From the NCBI GenBank assembly GCA_963716395.1, contig OY970309.1:2450615-2514614 (forward strand): a stretch of DNA of 64,000 nucleotides, given 5' to 3'. Under the pieces are notes generated by a model that was not told where the DNA came from, made no database searches, and saw only the letters and a list, made by a program, of their open reading frames with translations. Both the position numbers and the translations under genes were made by a program. This DNA is from an uncultured Fibrobacteria bacterium (GTDB taxonomy: Bacteria > Fibrobacterota > Fibrobacteria > UBA11236). Below, piece after piece: positions 18,701-27,557 of the stretch (its first letter is position 1; every line of letters starts with the position of its first letter).

Positions 18701-19518
18701 ATTGCCTGCTGGCGTATACTTTGCAAGGGCGCGAGCGCTATTTGGAACTCACCGACCCGTATCTGTATTACACCCGCCTCGCCAAAGATGATCAGGGCGC
18801 CACTGCGCTGGTGATCCGCCGCGGCAACCGCACCCTGATGCGACTGCCGGTGGACGGGCCGGACGATCGCACCAGCGTGCGCACGGTGCAATGCGTGCTC
18901 GACGATTCCGGGAACGCCGCCATCGCCACGCATTCGGTGCGCACCGGCCTGTTCGCCCGCAGCATCCGCAGCGGCTACCGCTTTTTGTCGCCCGAAGAGC
19001 AGAAGACGGAATTGCGTCGCAGTCTGCTCGACGATTACACCGACGTCGACGTCGATTCGGTGCACTTCGGCGATTTGGATGCGGTCACCGACTCGGTGCA
19101 GTACGTCTACGGATTCACGGCGCGCCAAACCGTCGCCGCTTCGGGAGCCACGCGCATCTTCCGTCTTTTCCTGCCCGACAAGGTTTCGTCCCAGGAAATT
19201 CCCGATGACGCCAGGCATGCCGAGGGCTTGGATTTATACCAGGCTTCGTATAGCATCGGCCGCTTCGATCAAACCGGCCGCATCGTTTATCCCAAGCGCT
19301 GGAAGCTGTTGGATGTGCCGGCCCCGCTGCATGTACGCGGCCCCGGCGGCGAATATTCCCTGGTATTCAAGGTCAAGGGGAACACTGTGTCTTATCGGCG
19401 GCAGGCGGTGTTCCGCGCCGGGGAACCGATTCCGGCCACGCAGGCCAAGGCCGCACGCGATTTTCTCACGCGCATTGCGCGCGCTGACGACGTGCAACTG
19501 GTGTTCCGCAGCCGCTGA
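15748..19518 (+). CDS. Large secreted TPR-repeat protein with DUF3857-like and transglutaminase-like cysteine protease core
   Basis: GGAGG RBS before the ATG at 15748, and a signal peptide. TPR-like region around aa 330-640. Transglutaminase core LGDCKDKSALAKSLLALAGIPSHLVLV, with downstream FNHCLLAY and ELTDP. Confidence 0.85.
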   Translation: MKIRIAGLGLRLVAAVAALLGITYRAACADLPAAWDSLLANRPLAARAEFEKFLRAPNPRVAGEARRGLGMVARFLGQPETETQWNFDAFTQDHDTLAFLAPANRRYRFERSWWGHTLAAGYAVDKSMGAHPPLLTATLAAELALRLANDGDLQGAAKLEARLGLVRRWWAIGPFANISGSGFDQVYPPETAVQLDSAYRGKNGNTVRWFPLTTTPPTTWIFNQYHLPFPNAVLYFAAQIESPDAQQAWVSFGASGSFKVWVNDRLVLADKVFRNTGEDAFAQPVALHRGPNRILVKLGNDSRYSNFQLRLLDAGGRGLADFKETDPRGAYAHDTGVVADLQNSPNLARALDYLRARLEKNPGDADAALLRMDVFNVNEMTDSAEVWGLRQLALHPRSALWLSLLSESMTRSGQVTRSQAYLKSAYRNSPYCYAGWMQELTRLSKSAGPEMVLDFLAKSPPEFRQSQTALWASIVKLGELGRKADALNQLAELERVPEFDVVTAALLAGVYKAQGRKDDALQIWKKFTDFRHTDGDAYREAANLDIGAGEVAQASAWLRTGSEFSPDNPNLPITLANLEMQNKQYDAAQKDLDHAEALAPTHPAVLGLKANLLFLRGRRQEARSTLLQSIDYNYNDFDAWDKLLEIDGQPTFESLAPLPSVDSLLQASRGWEGLQQERGALVAYLHDVFFYPSRAVRTRTFLVAHLTTAKAVDNWKEYDIPYNATYQSVNVVAAHTRKASGEEIDAEVRGTDVVFKSLEPGDAVVLEWTDQDDYDGDMARQCWGRFQFRLSLPTFFSRLRLYTAGRDTIGYHIRGADIRFTAGESSGVKMRSFARGPYLVSPKDWYLPINDSTAPDVLYSTFSNWGQIADWYADITEDKSAPVPIVQRLADSLFRGAGDDAEKVRRVQRFVASVISYSSLPFRQSGWIPQPAQEVLASRLGDCKDKSALAKSLLALAGIPSHLVLVATRDEFDTRPGPIGPHFNHCLLAYTLQGRERYLELTDPYLYYTRLAKDDQGATALVIRRGNRTLMRLPVDGPDDRTSVRTVQCVLDDSGNAAIATHSVRTGLFARSIRSGYRFLSPEEQKTELRRSLLDDYTDVDVDSVHFGDLDAVTDSVQYVYGFTARQTVAASGATRIFRLFLPDKVSSQEIPDDARHAEGLDLYQASYSIGRFDQTGRIVYPKRWKLLDVPAPLHVRGPGGEYSLVFKVKGNTVSYRRQAVFRAGEPIPATQAKAARDFLTRIARADDVQLVFRSR

Positions 19519-19544
19519 GCCCGCCGCCCGAATGCGGCGCGGCC

Positions 19545-20609
19545 TCAGCGCGCGGGCAAGGTGAGGCGCGGCAGGTCGGGGGCGAAGAGGCGCTGCCAGC
19601 GTCTTCCCAAAACATCGAAGTAAAGATCCGGCGCGGCCTTCACCGTCATGGCCGGGCGCGGAAAAAAAATTTCGCTGGAGCAACCCGGCAGGGCCTGCAA
19701 ATCGGAGCGAATCGAGGTGAGAATGGAATTCCAATTGGAAGTGGGATTAGCCTGCCCGATGGAGATGACGCCGTCGGCGATGCGGTTGTTGATGTTGGCG
19801 GGATTGTCCCAGGCCGTGTCCAACCCGGTGCTGGCGCCCGCGGTTCCATATCCCGCGTCGGCCAGAATGGGCTTTCCGGTCAGGGTGTGTACCGATGCCC
19901 AGGTCATGGTGTTCGAGGTGCGGATGCGCGAACTGCCGGGCGGGCCCTCGGCATTGGTCTCGCCTCCGGAAGTATTGATATACGTGAAGCGGTTCATGGG
20001 CAACGCCCCGAACCATTGGGAGGGACTCGCCACCCAGGGCGAGATGTCCATGGAGAACACGGCATGGGGCAGATATTTCTGAATGCTGTCGAGCATTTCG
20101 CCCATGAAGGTTCCGGCCTCGGCGAAGCTCAGGGGATTGCCGCTTTCACTGCCGGGCTGGGCGTACTGATAGTAATCCGGTTCCATCATCCACACCACGG
20201 GAGTCGTAGTGCCCAAATCGTTCGCGGTTCCCTGTGCGTATTTGGAAACCTGGCCGAGAATATGCGCGCGCGCCGCCGGGTTGCGGATATAATAGGCGCC
20301 CGAATCGCACAGGCTGGGAGTGCCCACATTGCAATCCTGCAACCCGTAATCGCGGCGCAAGGTGAAGGCAATGATGTAATCGTAGAGCACCGGCGTGACG
20401 CCGTGCAAAGCGCCGCCGGGTGCGCAGGCTTTCATCATGCTCCCGAGGTCGTAGTTTTCCTCGCTCCCGGCCCATTGCGTGACGAAACCGATTTCCGATC
20501 CGGTGGATCCGGCATAGGGCGTGCCGAAATTGAAAGTGCAATTCGAAAGCCCGGCGGTCGCCACCTGTGCGGCCCAGAGGGCCAGGCCGGCGGACAGTAT
20601 TTTACTCAT
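19545..20609 (-). CDS. Secreted carbohydrate-active enzyme (weak GH6-like motif order) with T9SS-type C-terminal tail
   Basis: Signal peptide MSKILSAGLALWAAQVATA. Motifs in order: RRDYGLQDC, VVWMMEPD, MDISPW, SGGETN. C-terminal tail LYFDVLGRRW. The family assignment is tentative. Confidence 0.55.
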   Translation of the reverse strand: MSKILSAGLALWAAQVATAGLSNCTFNFGTPYAGSTGSEIGFVTQWAGSEENYDLGSMMKACAPGGALHGVTPVLYDYIIAFTLRRDYGLQDCNVGTPSLCDSGAYYIRNPAARAHILGQVSKYAQGTANDLGTTTPVVWMMEPDYYQYAQPGSESGNPLSFAEAGTFMGEMLDSIQKYLPHAVFSMDISPWVASPSQWFGALPMNRFTYINTSGGETNAEGPPGSSRIRTSNTMTWASVHTLTGKPILADAGYGTAGASTGLDTAWDNPANINNRIADGVISIGQANPTSNWNSILTSIRSDLQALPGCSSEIFFPRPAMTVKAAPDLYFDVLGRRWQRLFAPDLPRLTLPAR

Positions 20610-20960
20610 GACGATCCGTTTCGTTTTCCAAGCGCACCTCGCCTTCAGGTTTTTTTTCGAGGGCTGAATCCGACGCCGTTGCACCCGCCGGCGAAATCGA
20701 ACCAAGGGGCGGTCGATTCTTCCCGCTGGAATGTTTAGTAGCAGAAGCCGAGGAAACGGTTTCAGAAGAAGCCGGAAACGGAGGGCGAGCGGCGAAGGTA
20801 ACGCCGAGTGGTTTTTTGCCCAGGGCGGTGCCGTGATCCGCCGCTTACCTGCAATCTTCCGGCGTCGTCCTGATGGGTGAGAATGCGGAAGAGACTTCGC
20901 CGGGCCTTTCGGAATGATTTAGTCCGGGGCTCAGCGGGCGGTGCCGAAATGCTGCGCGGA

Positions 20961-22841
20961 TCAATGCGGGCTCAAGGTGAGGACGTAACCGTCGGAGGCG
21001 TTGGCCCAATTAAGGGTTACGATCACCGTGTTGCAAGCGATGAGAACCGCCGCGCTCGAATCGACCACGGGCGCGCTCAGCGCGCCATCACCGGCCGGCA
21101 TTCTTTCGATCAGGACCTTCGTCGCTCCGGCGCCCTGCAGCCAAGACGGAATGTGCTTGATGACGACGTTGACCGACCCGGTGACGCCGCCCTTGTTGCC
21201 GACCACGATGATGGCCTTGGCCGCCGACGCATCCGCATAGGCCACCGCATCCACCTGCGACCCGGCGGTGGTATTGATCCGCAGCCCGGTTTGATCCGCG
21301 TAACGCTGGTAGATCCAGTACTGGCTGTTCGGCTGCCAGTTGGACGCCACCAGGTCTCCCAGGTTGGAAAAGAACTCCGTTCCGTTGGCCCAGTTGCCGC
21401 GCAGGCCCTGCATGCCCGTCCGATCGAAGCGCGCGAGGAACCAGGCGGAGTGGCCCGGATTCTGTTCGGCCTGGGTCCCGTACTCGTTGACATCGAAACC
21501 TTTGAATTCCGTAATTCCCCGGCTGGCAAGACCCTGGGTGATGGTGGCCAAATCCGCCACGGGGTCGGCGCCCCCGCCTTCTTCGTGCCAGGTGAAGTAA
21601 TCGGGAATGACGTTGTTGGTCTGGGCGTAGTCGAGAAAGGCGTTCATCCACGCACCGCCCGGGCCGGTCGCGAGGCTCGGCCCTTCGATGATCGCGCCGG
21701 GAATGGCGGCGCGCACCTGTTGGTAGGCGTGCGTCCAGGTAGCGAGCCATTGGGCCTGCGTGCCCGTCCAGAAGATGTTGAGATCGGGCTCGTTCCACAG
21801 TTCCCAGCGCACGTCGGGCCCGGTCATGCCATTGGCTTTTGCGCTGTCGATGAGCTGGCTCATGAAGGTCGTGAATCCCGTCCAGTCTCCGCCGTTGCCG
21901 GGAATAGGGCAGGAGTAGCCATAGTCGTCGCTGACCAAAAGGAGCAGGGTCGCGCCGATCGCCTTCGCGCGCGCGTAGTAGGCCTTCATCACGCCGAAGT
22001 GGGTGATCCAGGATTGGGCTCCGCAGCCTTCCACCACTCCGCGTCCGGCGCGCAGCCCTTTCACTTTGATGTCGGTCAGCAGGGAGGTGGGCGGCTGGGT
22101 GCCGTCCTCGGAAAGGCCGTAGATGAAACCGGACGCGAGATAGGTGGGCGCGCCCCCGGTCACGGCCATGTCGAGCGTGACCGCGTCTTTGGCCGCAGGC
22201 GGCGTCGGCGGGGTGCAGCTTGTGAGCGTGATGTCTTGCGTCTGGTCATAAGCATTGATGCCGATCCACTTCGTCTGGTAACCGGCGGCCGTGGCTTGGA
22301 GCGAATCCACGAAGGCCGCCGCCTTCGCCAGCGGCCCGCTCGCCGGAGTGGTGTACTCCAAGGAGGTGTTTGCCATCCCGCCTGGCATGGAAAAGTAGGG
22401 GAAGATTTTTGTCTTTTCCCCGACGGAGGCCTTGATGAGCAGCAGGTTTTTCGCCTGGATTCTTTCCGTCACGTTCCAGCGATAGCTTCCGGCCGCGGCC
22501 ACGTTCCAGGCGGCCTTGTCCAGGAGATTTCCCTTCAGGCCGAAGATCTCGATGCGGATGGGCTCCGCTTTGGTCACGGTGAGATCCAGCACGCTTCCGT
22601 CGAGTCGGATGTCCGCGGACATGGCCCCGGATGAGGGTTGCACGGCATTGGCGCCCGCGGTCAGGGAATACAGGCCATCGGTCCCGGTCGTATCCTTCGG
22701 CGGCGCGTGCAACAATTCCACCACCGCGTTTGCGATGGGTTGATTGGCGGCGTTCATCACCTCGCCGTGCACGTTGATGGTCTGGGCGTTGACCGTGATT
22801 CCCAGCGCCACAACGATTCCAAAAACCAGCGGTTGATCCAT
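20961..22841 (-). CDS. Secreted clan GH-A glycoside hydrolase (GH39/GH5-like) with N-terminal CarboxypepD_reg-like domain
   Basis: Signal peptide. INVHGEVMNAANQPIANAVVEL regulatory-like domain. WELWNEPDLNIFW acid/base-type motif and FDVNEYG nucleophile-type motif. Confidence 0.75.
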   Translation of the reverse strand: MDQPLVFGIVVALGITVNAQTINVHGEVMNAANQPIANAVVELLHAPPKDTTGTDGLYSLTAGANAVQPSSGAMSADIRLDGSVLDLTVTKAEPIRIEIFGLKGNLLDKAAWNVAAAGSYRWNVTERIQAKNLLLIKASVGEKTKIFPYFSMPGGMANTSLEYTTPASGPLAKAAAFVDSLQATAAGYQTKWIGINAYDQTQDITLTSCTPPTPPAAKDAVTLDMAVTGGAPTYLASGFIYGLSEDGTQPPTSLLTDIKVKGLRAGRGVVEGCGAQSWITHFGVMKAYYARAKAIGATLLLLVSDDYGYSCPIPGNGGDWTGFTTFMSQLIDSAKANGMTGPDVRWELWNEPDLNIFWTGTQAQWLATWTHAYQQVRAAIPGAIIEGPSLATGPGGAWMNAFLDYAQTNNVIPDYFTWHEEGGGADPVADLATITQGLASRGITEFKGFDVNEYGTQAEQNPGHSAWFLARFDRTGMQGLRGNWANGTEFFSNLGDLVASNWQPNSQYWIYQRYADQTGLRINTTAGSQVDAVAYADASAAKAIIVVGNKGGVTGSVNVVIKHIPSWLQGAGATKVLIERMPAGDGALSAPVVDSSAAVLIACNTVIVTLNWANASDGYVLTLSPH

Positions 22842-23125
22842 ATATCGACTTTCTCGCGCCTTATGGCGCACCTACTCGCTCGGTCTCGGCCTTCGATCCC
22901 TCGACCGGGTTCGACATCCCTTGGCGTCCCCTGGGCCGGCTCGAGAACCGGCTCAGGCCTTACGCCGTAGGCGGATCCCGGGTGGACCGATTATTGGAGT
23001 TGCCCTTAATAATCTAAGGGGAGCGCGAGATCACCAAAGGGCTTTTGTGACCGAAATCATGCCCCTGTATCACCGGTCGGGAATGACTGCGGGGGGCGGG
23101 GGATCGACGGCTCGGGGGCGCGATT

Positions 23126-23152
23126 GACGGGGAGTCGAATCGGCTCCCCGTC
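23126..23152 (-). terminator. Strong hairpin downstream of the DJ-1/PfpI gene (no U-tract)
   Basis: GACGGGGAG...CTCCCCGTC, a 9-bp stem extendable to about 12 bp. It lies about 30 nt past the stop on the minus strand. Confidence 0.4.
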
Positions 23153-23179
23153 GCGAAAGCTTTAAAAGAAGCAAGCCGC

Positions 23180-23779
23180 CTAGCGGGCCACGGCCTCCGC
23201 CTCGCGCTTGGCGGTCTGCGCCGGCGCATGCTCGCGCAACCAGGCCATCACCTCGCGGTAGAAACCGGGATGGTCCTGCCACGTGCGCGCGCTGATCAGG
23301 TTGCCGTCTTTCACGCATTCGCGATCTTCGTATTTTCCGCCGCCCGCCTCCGCTTCCCAACGCACATGCTCGTAGCAGGTCACGCGTTTGCCTTTTGCCA
23401 AACCTGCGGCCGCCACGATTTGCACGCCGTGGCAAATGGCGAACAGTCCCTTGTCGGCGGCGGCAAAATCGCGTAGTATCGACCGGACGCGTTCATCATT
23501 GCGCAGGTATTCGGGCGCGCGTCCGCCGATGACGAGCACCGCCTCGTAATCGCTTACCTTCACTTCGGCGAAGGTGATGTCGGAGGTCCAGCGATATCCG
23601 GTCCGCTCTACGTAGGTGTCCCAACCGGGTTCGAAGTCATGGATGACCAGATGCAACGCGCGCTTCGAAGGGGCGGCCACCACGGGCACAAAATTGTCTT
23701 CCATGAAACGGTGGTTGGCGTAAAGCGTTTCGTAACTCTCGCCGCCGTCGCCGACGATGATTAGGATTTTGCGAGCCAT
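23180..23779 (-). CDS. DJ-1/PfpI family protein
   Basis: KILIIVGDGGESYE...YEAVLVIGGRAPEYL...LFAICHGVQIV, with the nucleophile-elbow Cys-His. Confidence 0.85.
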   Translation of the reverse strand: MARKILIIVGDGGESYETLYANHRFMEDNFVPVVAAPSKRALHLVIHDFEPGWDTYVERTGYRWTSDITFAEVKVSDYEAVLVIGGRAPEYLRNDERVRSILRDFAAADKGLFAICHGVQIVAAAGLAKGKRVTCYEHVRWEAEAGGGKYEDRECVKDGNLISARTWQDHPGFYREVMAWLREHAPAQTAKREAEAVAR

Positions 23780-24056
23780 GTTTCCCCCTGCGGATGATTG
23801 AAGTTGGACGGTTTCGGAAGCCAGAGGGACTAAAATAACATGCTCCCGGTTGGTTTACCACCGGGTTATGGATGCAAGTGAAATGCGCCCTACGTCGGCC
23901 GAGCCCGGTTTCGAGGTCCCTCGAAAAGCTCGGGAACCCGGTTCAGGCCTCGGCTGGAACCCCATGCAGAAAGGGCTCCAAATCGAAAGTCGCGGCATAT
24001 TTCCAAAAATGTGACCTCCGGCCAGCAGTCGCGGTTAACGGATTTTCAATCCGATA

Positions 24057-24091
24057 TTTGCAATTTGCACTTTGCAATTTGAACTTTATTC
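24057..24091 (+). repeat. Five tandem heptamers TTTGCAA/TTTGCAC/TTTGCAA/TTTGAAC/TTTATTC upstream of the aldehyde dehydrogenase operon
   Basis: Read directly from the sequence. The array ends 25 nt before the ATG at 24116. It is preceded by the inverted repeat CGGATT-ttc-AATCCG. Confidence 0.8.
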
Positions 24092-24115
24092 ATCGCCTTT
24101 TACGGAAGGATTCGC

Positions 24116-25618
24116 ATGGAAGTAGCCTCTTTACCCGCACGCGATCCGGCCCAGAGCCGGTTTTCCGCTCCCGGCCAGCTTTTGATTGACGGCCAATGGA
24201 CGGCGGGCGAAACCGAAATGGAAGTCCGGGACAAGTACACCGGAGAAGTCTTGGGGACCATCGACTGCGCCGGCCCCAGCCAGGTGGAAGCCGCCCTTGT
24301 TTCCGCCCGCAAAGCGAGCGAAGTCATTTCGCGCCTGCCGGCCCATCGCCGCAGCGACATCCTGGAAAAGGCGTCGGCACTGATTCGCGCGCGGCGGGAC
24401 CGGCTCGCCGATTGCATCGTGCGCGAATCGGGGAAAGCCCTGAAATTCGCCCGCCTCGAAGTGGATCGCGCCGTCGACACCTTTCACCTGGCCGCCGAAG
24501 AAGCCGGGCATCTGCATGGCGAATCCGTCACCATGGACGCCGTGAAATCCGGCGAGGGCCTCGTAGGCTTCTGGCGCCGCCGGCCGGTGGGCGTGATTGC
24601 GGCCATCACCCCGTTCAATTTTCCCCTCAATCTGGTGGCCCACAAAGTTGCGCCGGCCCTGGCCGCCGGAAATGCGGTGGTGCTGAAACCGGCCGAAGTG
24701 ACGCCGTTCTCCGCCGCGCTACTGTGCGAAATTCTCGTCGAGGCCGGGGTTCCCGCAGGCGCGCTCAACCTGATCCACGGAACCGGGGCGGCCGTGGGCG
24801 ATCCCCTGGTGCGCGATCGCCGCGTCGACAAGGTGACCTTCACCGGCAGCGCCGCTATCGGACGCCGCATCCTGGCCGCGGCCGGTATCAAGAAGGTTAC
24901 CCTGGAGTTGGGGAATTCCTCGCCGGTGATCGTGGCTTCCGATGCGGATCTTCGCGTCGCCGCGGCCAAATGCGCTATCGGCGCCAATTATTGTTCGGGC
25001 CAGGTGTGCATTTCCACGCAGCGCATCTTCGTCGATGCCGCCGTGGCCGAGGAATTTCAAGCGCGGTTGGCCGAAGAGACCGGCCGCCTGGTCGTCGGCG
25101 ACCCGCTCGATGAAAACGTCGACGTGGGGCCGATGATTCGCCTAAGCGAGGCGGAACGCGTCGAGACCTGGGTCGCCGAAGCCGTGCAGGGCGGCGCCCG
25201 GGTGGTGGTCGGAGGGCGCCGGGAAGGCGCGGTGCATTGGCCCACGGTGCTGGAAAGAGTGACGCCCGCCATGCGCGTGGTCCGCGAAGAGGTCTTCGGA
25301 CCCGTCGTTTCCGTGCGGCCGTACCAGGATTTCGAAGAGGCTTTGGCCCAGGCCGATGACACCGAATACGGATTGCAGGCCTCGGTTTTCACCCGCGACC
25401 TCGATCGCGCCTTTCGCGCCGCGGACCGGCTCAATTTCGGCGGGGTGATCATCAACGATACGCCCCACCTCCGTCCCGATCACATCCCCTATGGGGGCAA
25501 CCGGCAAAGCGGGCTGGGACGGGAAGGCCTGCGCTTTGCGATGGAAGAGATGACCAATATCCAGATGATCATGATCCGCACGCCGGCTTCCGGCGCCATC
25601 CCTCGGAGCGCGAAATGA
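24116..25618 (+). CDS. NAD(P)-dependent aldehyde dehydrogenase
   Basis: FNFPLNL, VLKPAE, TLELGNSSP and the catalytic Cys context GQVCIS. 500 aa. Confidence 0.95.
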   Translation: MEVASLPARDPAQSRFSAPGQLLIDGQWTAGETEMEVRDKYTGEVLGTIDCAGPSQVEAALVSARKASEVISRLPAHRRSDILEKASALIRARRDRLADCIVRESGKALKFARLEVDRAVDTFHLAAEEAGHLHGESVTMDAVKSGEGLVGFWRRRPVGVIAAITPFNFPLNLVAHKVAPALAAGNAVVLKPAEVTPFSAALLCEILVEAGVPAGALNLIHGTGAAVGDPLVRDRRVDKVTFTGSAAIGRRILAAAGIKKVTLELGNSSPVIVASDADLRVAAAKCAIGANYCSGQVCISTQRIFVDAAVAEEFQARLAEETGRLVVGDPLDENVDVGPMIRLSEAERVETWVAEAVQGGARVVVGGRREGAVHWPTVLERVTPAMRVVREEVFGPVVSVRPYQDFEEALAQADDTEYGLQASVFTRDLDRAFRAADRLNFGGVIINDTPHLRPDHIPYGGNRQSGLGREGLRFAMEEMTNIQMIMIRTPASGAIPRSAK

Positions 25619-26745
25619 AAACCGAAGCCGCCGTTCTCTATGAAATGGGTCAAACCCGACCGTATGCCGGAAGCCGGCCCCTGCATATCGAGACGCTGGA
25701 ATTGGAAAGCCCCGGACCCGGCGAGGTGTTGGTGGAAATCGCCGCCGCCGGCCTGTGCCACTCCGACCTTTCGGTCATGAACGGATCTCGTCCCCGCGTC
25801 ATGCCCATGGTGATGGGCCATGAGGCCAGCGGCATCGTCCGCGAGATCGGACCCGGAACGCGCGGCCTGGTTCCCGGCGACCATGTGGTCTTCTCCTTTG
25901 TTCCGCATTGCGGCCATTGCCTGCCCTGTAGCGAAGGCCGGGCGGTGCTCTGTGAACCGGGAGCGCAAGCGAATACGGCGGGCTCGCTGCTCAGCGGATC
26001 GCGAAGATTCCACGATGCGCAGGGGCGGGCGCTGCACCATCATCTCGGCGTCTCCGGATTCTCGCGCTACACCGTGGCCATGACCGAATCCCTGGTGAAA
26101 ATCGATCCGGAATTCCCCGTTGAGAAGGCCGCCTTATTCGGCTGCGCCGTGCTGACGGGCGTCGGCGCGGTGGTGAATACGGCCAAGGTGCGTCCCGGTG
26201 AAAGCGTCGCCGTGTTCGGATTGGGCGGGGTCGGCATGAGCGCGGTCATGGGCGCGCGCGCTTCCGGCGCCTATCCCATTATCGCCGTCGACCGTCTGGA
26301 AGCGAAGTTCGCGGCGGCCCGGCAGGCCGGAGCCACGCATGTGGTGCCGGCCGACGATAATGCCGTCGCCGAAATCCGCGATCTCACCCGCGGCGGCGTG
26401 CAGTACGCCTTTGAGGCCGTAGGCAATGCCCGGGTTTTGGAAACCGCGTACCTGGCCACCGCGCGCGGCGGAAAAACCGTATCCATCGGATTGGCGCATC
26501 CCGAGCAAAAGCTGTCCATCCAGGCCGTCAGTCTCGTGGCCGAAGAAAAAACCCTGATGGGATCGTATATGGGGTCGGCGGTGCCATCCCGCGACATCCC
26601 CCGGTTCATCTCCCTGTACCGCCAAGGATTGCTCCCCGTCGATCAGTTGCTGTCCAAGACCATTCATCTCGATCAGCTCAATGCGGCCTTTGATGAATTG
26701 GATCGCGGCGAAGTCCTGCGGCAATTGCTGGTCTTTCACGCTTAG
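25615..26745 (+). CDS. Zinc-dependent alcohol dehydrogenase (class III-like MDR)
   Basis: GLCHSDL, GHEASGIV, CGHCLPC, and Rossmann GLGGVG. The ATGA overlaps the upstream stop. Confidence 0.9.
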   Translation: MKTEAAVLYEMGQTRPYAGSRPLHIETLELESPGPGEVLVEIAAAGLCHSDLSVMNGSRPRVMPMVMGHEASGIVREIGPGTRGLVPGDHVVFSFVPHCGHCLPCSEGRAVLCEPGAQANTAGSLLSGSRRFHDAQGRALHHHLGVSGFSRYTVAMTESLVKIDPEFPVEKAALFGCAVLTGVGAVVNTAKVRPGESVAVFGLGGVGMSAVMGARASGAYPIIAVDRLEAKFAAARQAGATHVVPADDNAVAEIRDLTRGGVQYAFEAVGNARVLETAYLATARGGKTVSIGLAHPEQKLSIQAVSLVAEEKTLMGSYMGSAVPSRDIPRFISLYRQGLLPVDQLLSKTIHLDQLNAAFDELDRGEVLRQLLVFHA

Positions 26746-26753
26746 GTGCGGAC

Positions 26754-27557
26754 TTGCTGCCCTCTTCCGGCCCGCAAGACTTGCTCCTCGACACGTCCGG
26801 ATCGGGCCCCGCCTTGCTTTGCCTGCATGGCGTCGGCGGCTGCGGGGCCTGGTTCCGGGGGCTGGCCGAAAGGCTGAAACATCGCTTTCGCATTCTCGCG
26901 CTCGACCTTCCCGGCACCGGAGTCAACCGCGAAGGCCAGGCTCCCTTTTCCCTCGAGCATAGCACCGAAGTCTTGGCGCATTACCTCACGACCCAGGAGC
27001 CGGAACCCGTGTCGATTTTGGGTCATTCTCTGGGCACCATGATCGGCATGCAATTGGCCCTGGCCTGTCCGGAGAAGGTGCGCGCCATGCTCTGCGTCGG
27101 AGGCTTGCCGGCGGTGACCCGCGCCAACCATCAACGACTGTCGGAACGGCGGGAAATCATTCGGAAGCAGGGGATGGCGGGACTGGGCTGGAAGGCGGCG
27201 ATGGGAAATTTTTCTCGAACCACCTTGGCCGACAAGCCGGAAATTCTCGCTCTCTATGCCCGGCTTTGGGAGTCGCAATCCGCTTTGGCTTATATCGAAG
27301 GCATCGATGCTTTGCTCTCCGCTTCGCTCGACCATCTTACCGCAGCGGTGAAAATACCTTGTTGGGTGCTCCGGGGTTGTGAAGACGGTTATGCGCCTCC
27401 GGAAGAATCCCGCCGCTTCTTCGCCTCTCTACCCGGTACCAAGCGATGGATCGAAATGCCGGATTGCGCCCACATGCCCTTTCTCGAATCCCCGGCGGCC
27501 TTCGCCGGTATCGTGACGGAATTCCTGGACGTCTATACTTCGCCGTCGGGGGAATGA
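26754..27557 (+). CDS. Alpha/beta hydrolase
   Basis: LLCLHGVGG and the nucleophile elbow GHSLGT. A C-terminal His lies in CAHMPFLE. TTG start. Confidence 0.8.
   Translation: MLPSSGPQDLLLDTSGSGPALLCLHGVGGCGAWFRGLAERLKHRFRILALDLPGTGVNREGQAPFSLEHSTEVLAHYLTTQEPEPVSILGHSLGTMIGMQLALACPEKVRAMLCVGGLPAVTRANHQRLSERREIIRKQGMAGLGWKAAMGNFSRTTLADKPEILALYARLWESQSALAYIEGIDALLSASLDHLTAAVKIPCWVLRGCEDGYAPPEESRRFFASLPGTKRWIEMPDCAHMPFLESPAAFAGIVTEFLDVYTSPSGE

Noticed and set aside
16768-19218. 816-aa ORF antisense to the TPR/transglutaminase gene
   Set aside because: Same GC artefact, with a Gly/Arg/Ala-rich translation.
20877-22634. 585-aa ORF antisense to the GH-A hydrolase
   Set aside because: Same GC artefact.
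22905-22920. GGGTTCGACATCCC resembling a tRNA T-arm
   Set aside because: The flanks do not form a 5-bp T-stem or any cloverleaf. I could fold no tRNA in the 22.84-23.18 kb spacer.
24057-24091. Sigma-54 promoter interpretation of the TTGCA-containing heptamers
   Set aside because: No GG dinucleotide (TGGCAC) lies at the required spacing upstream of any TTGCA copy.
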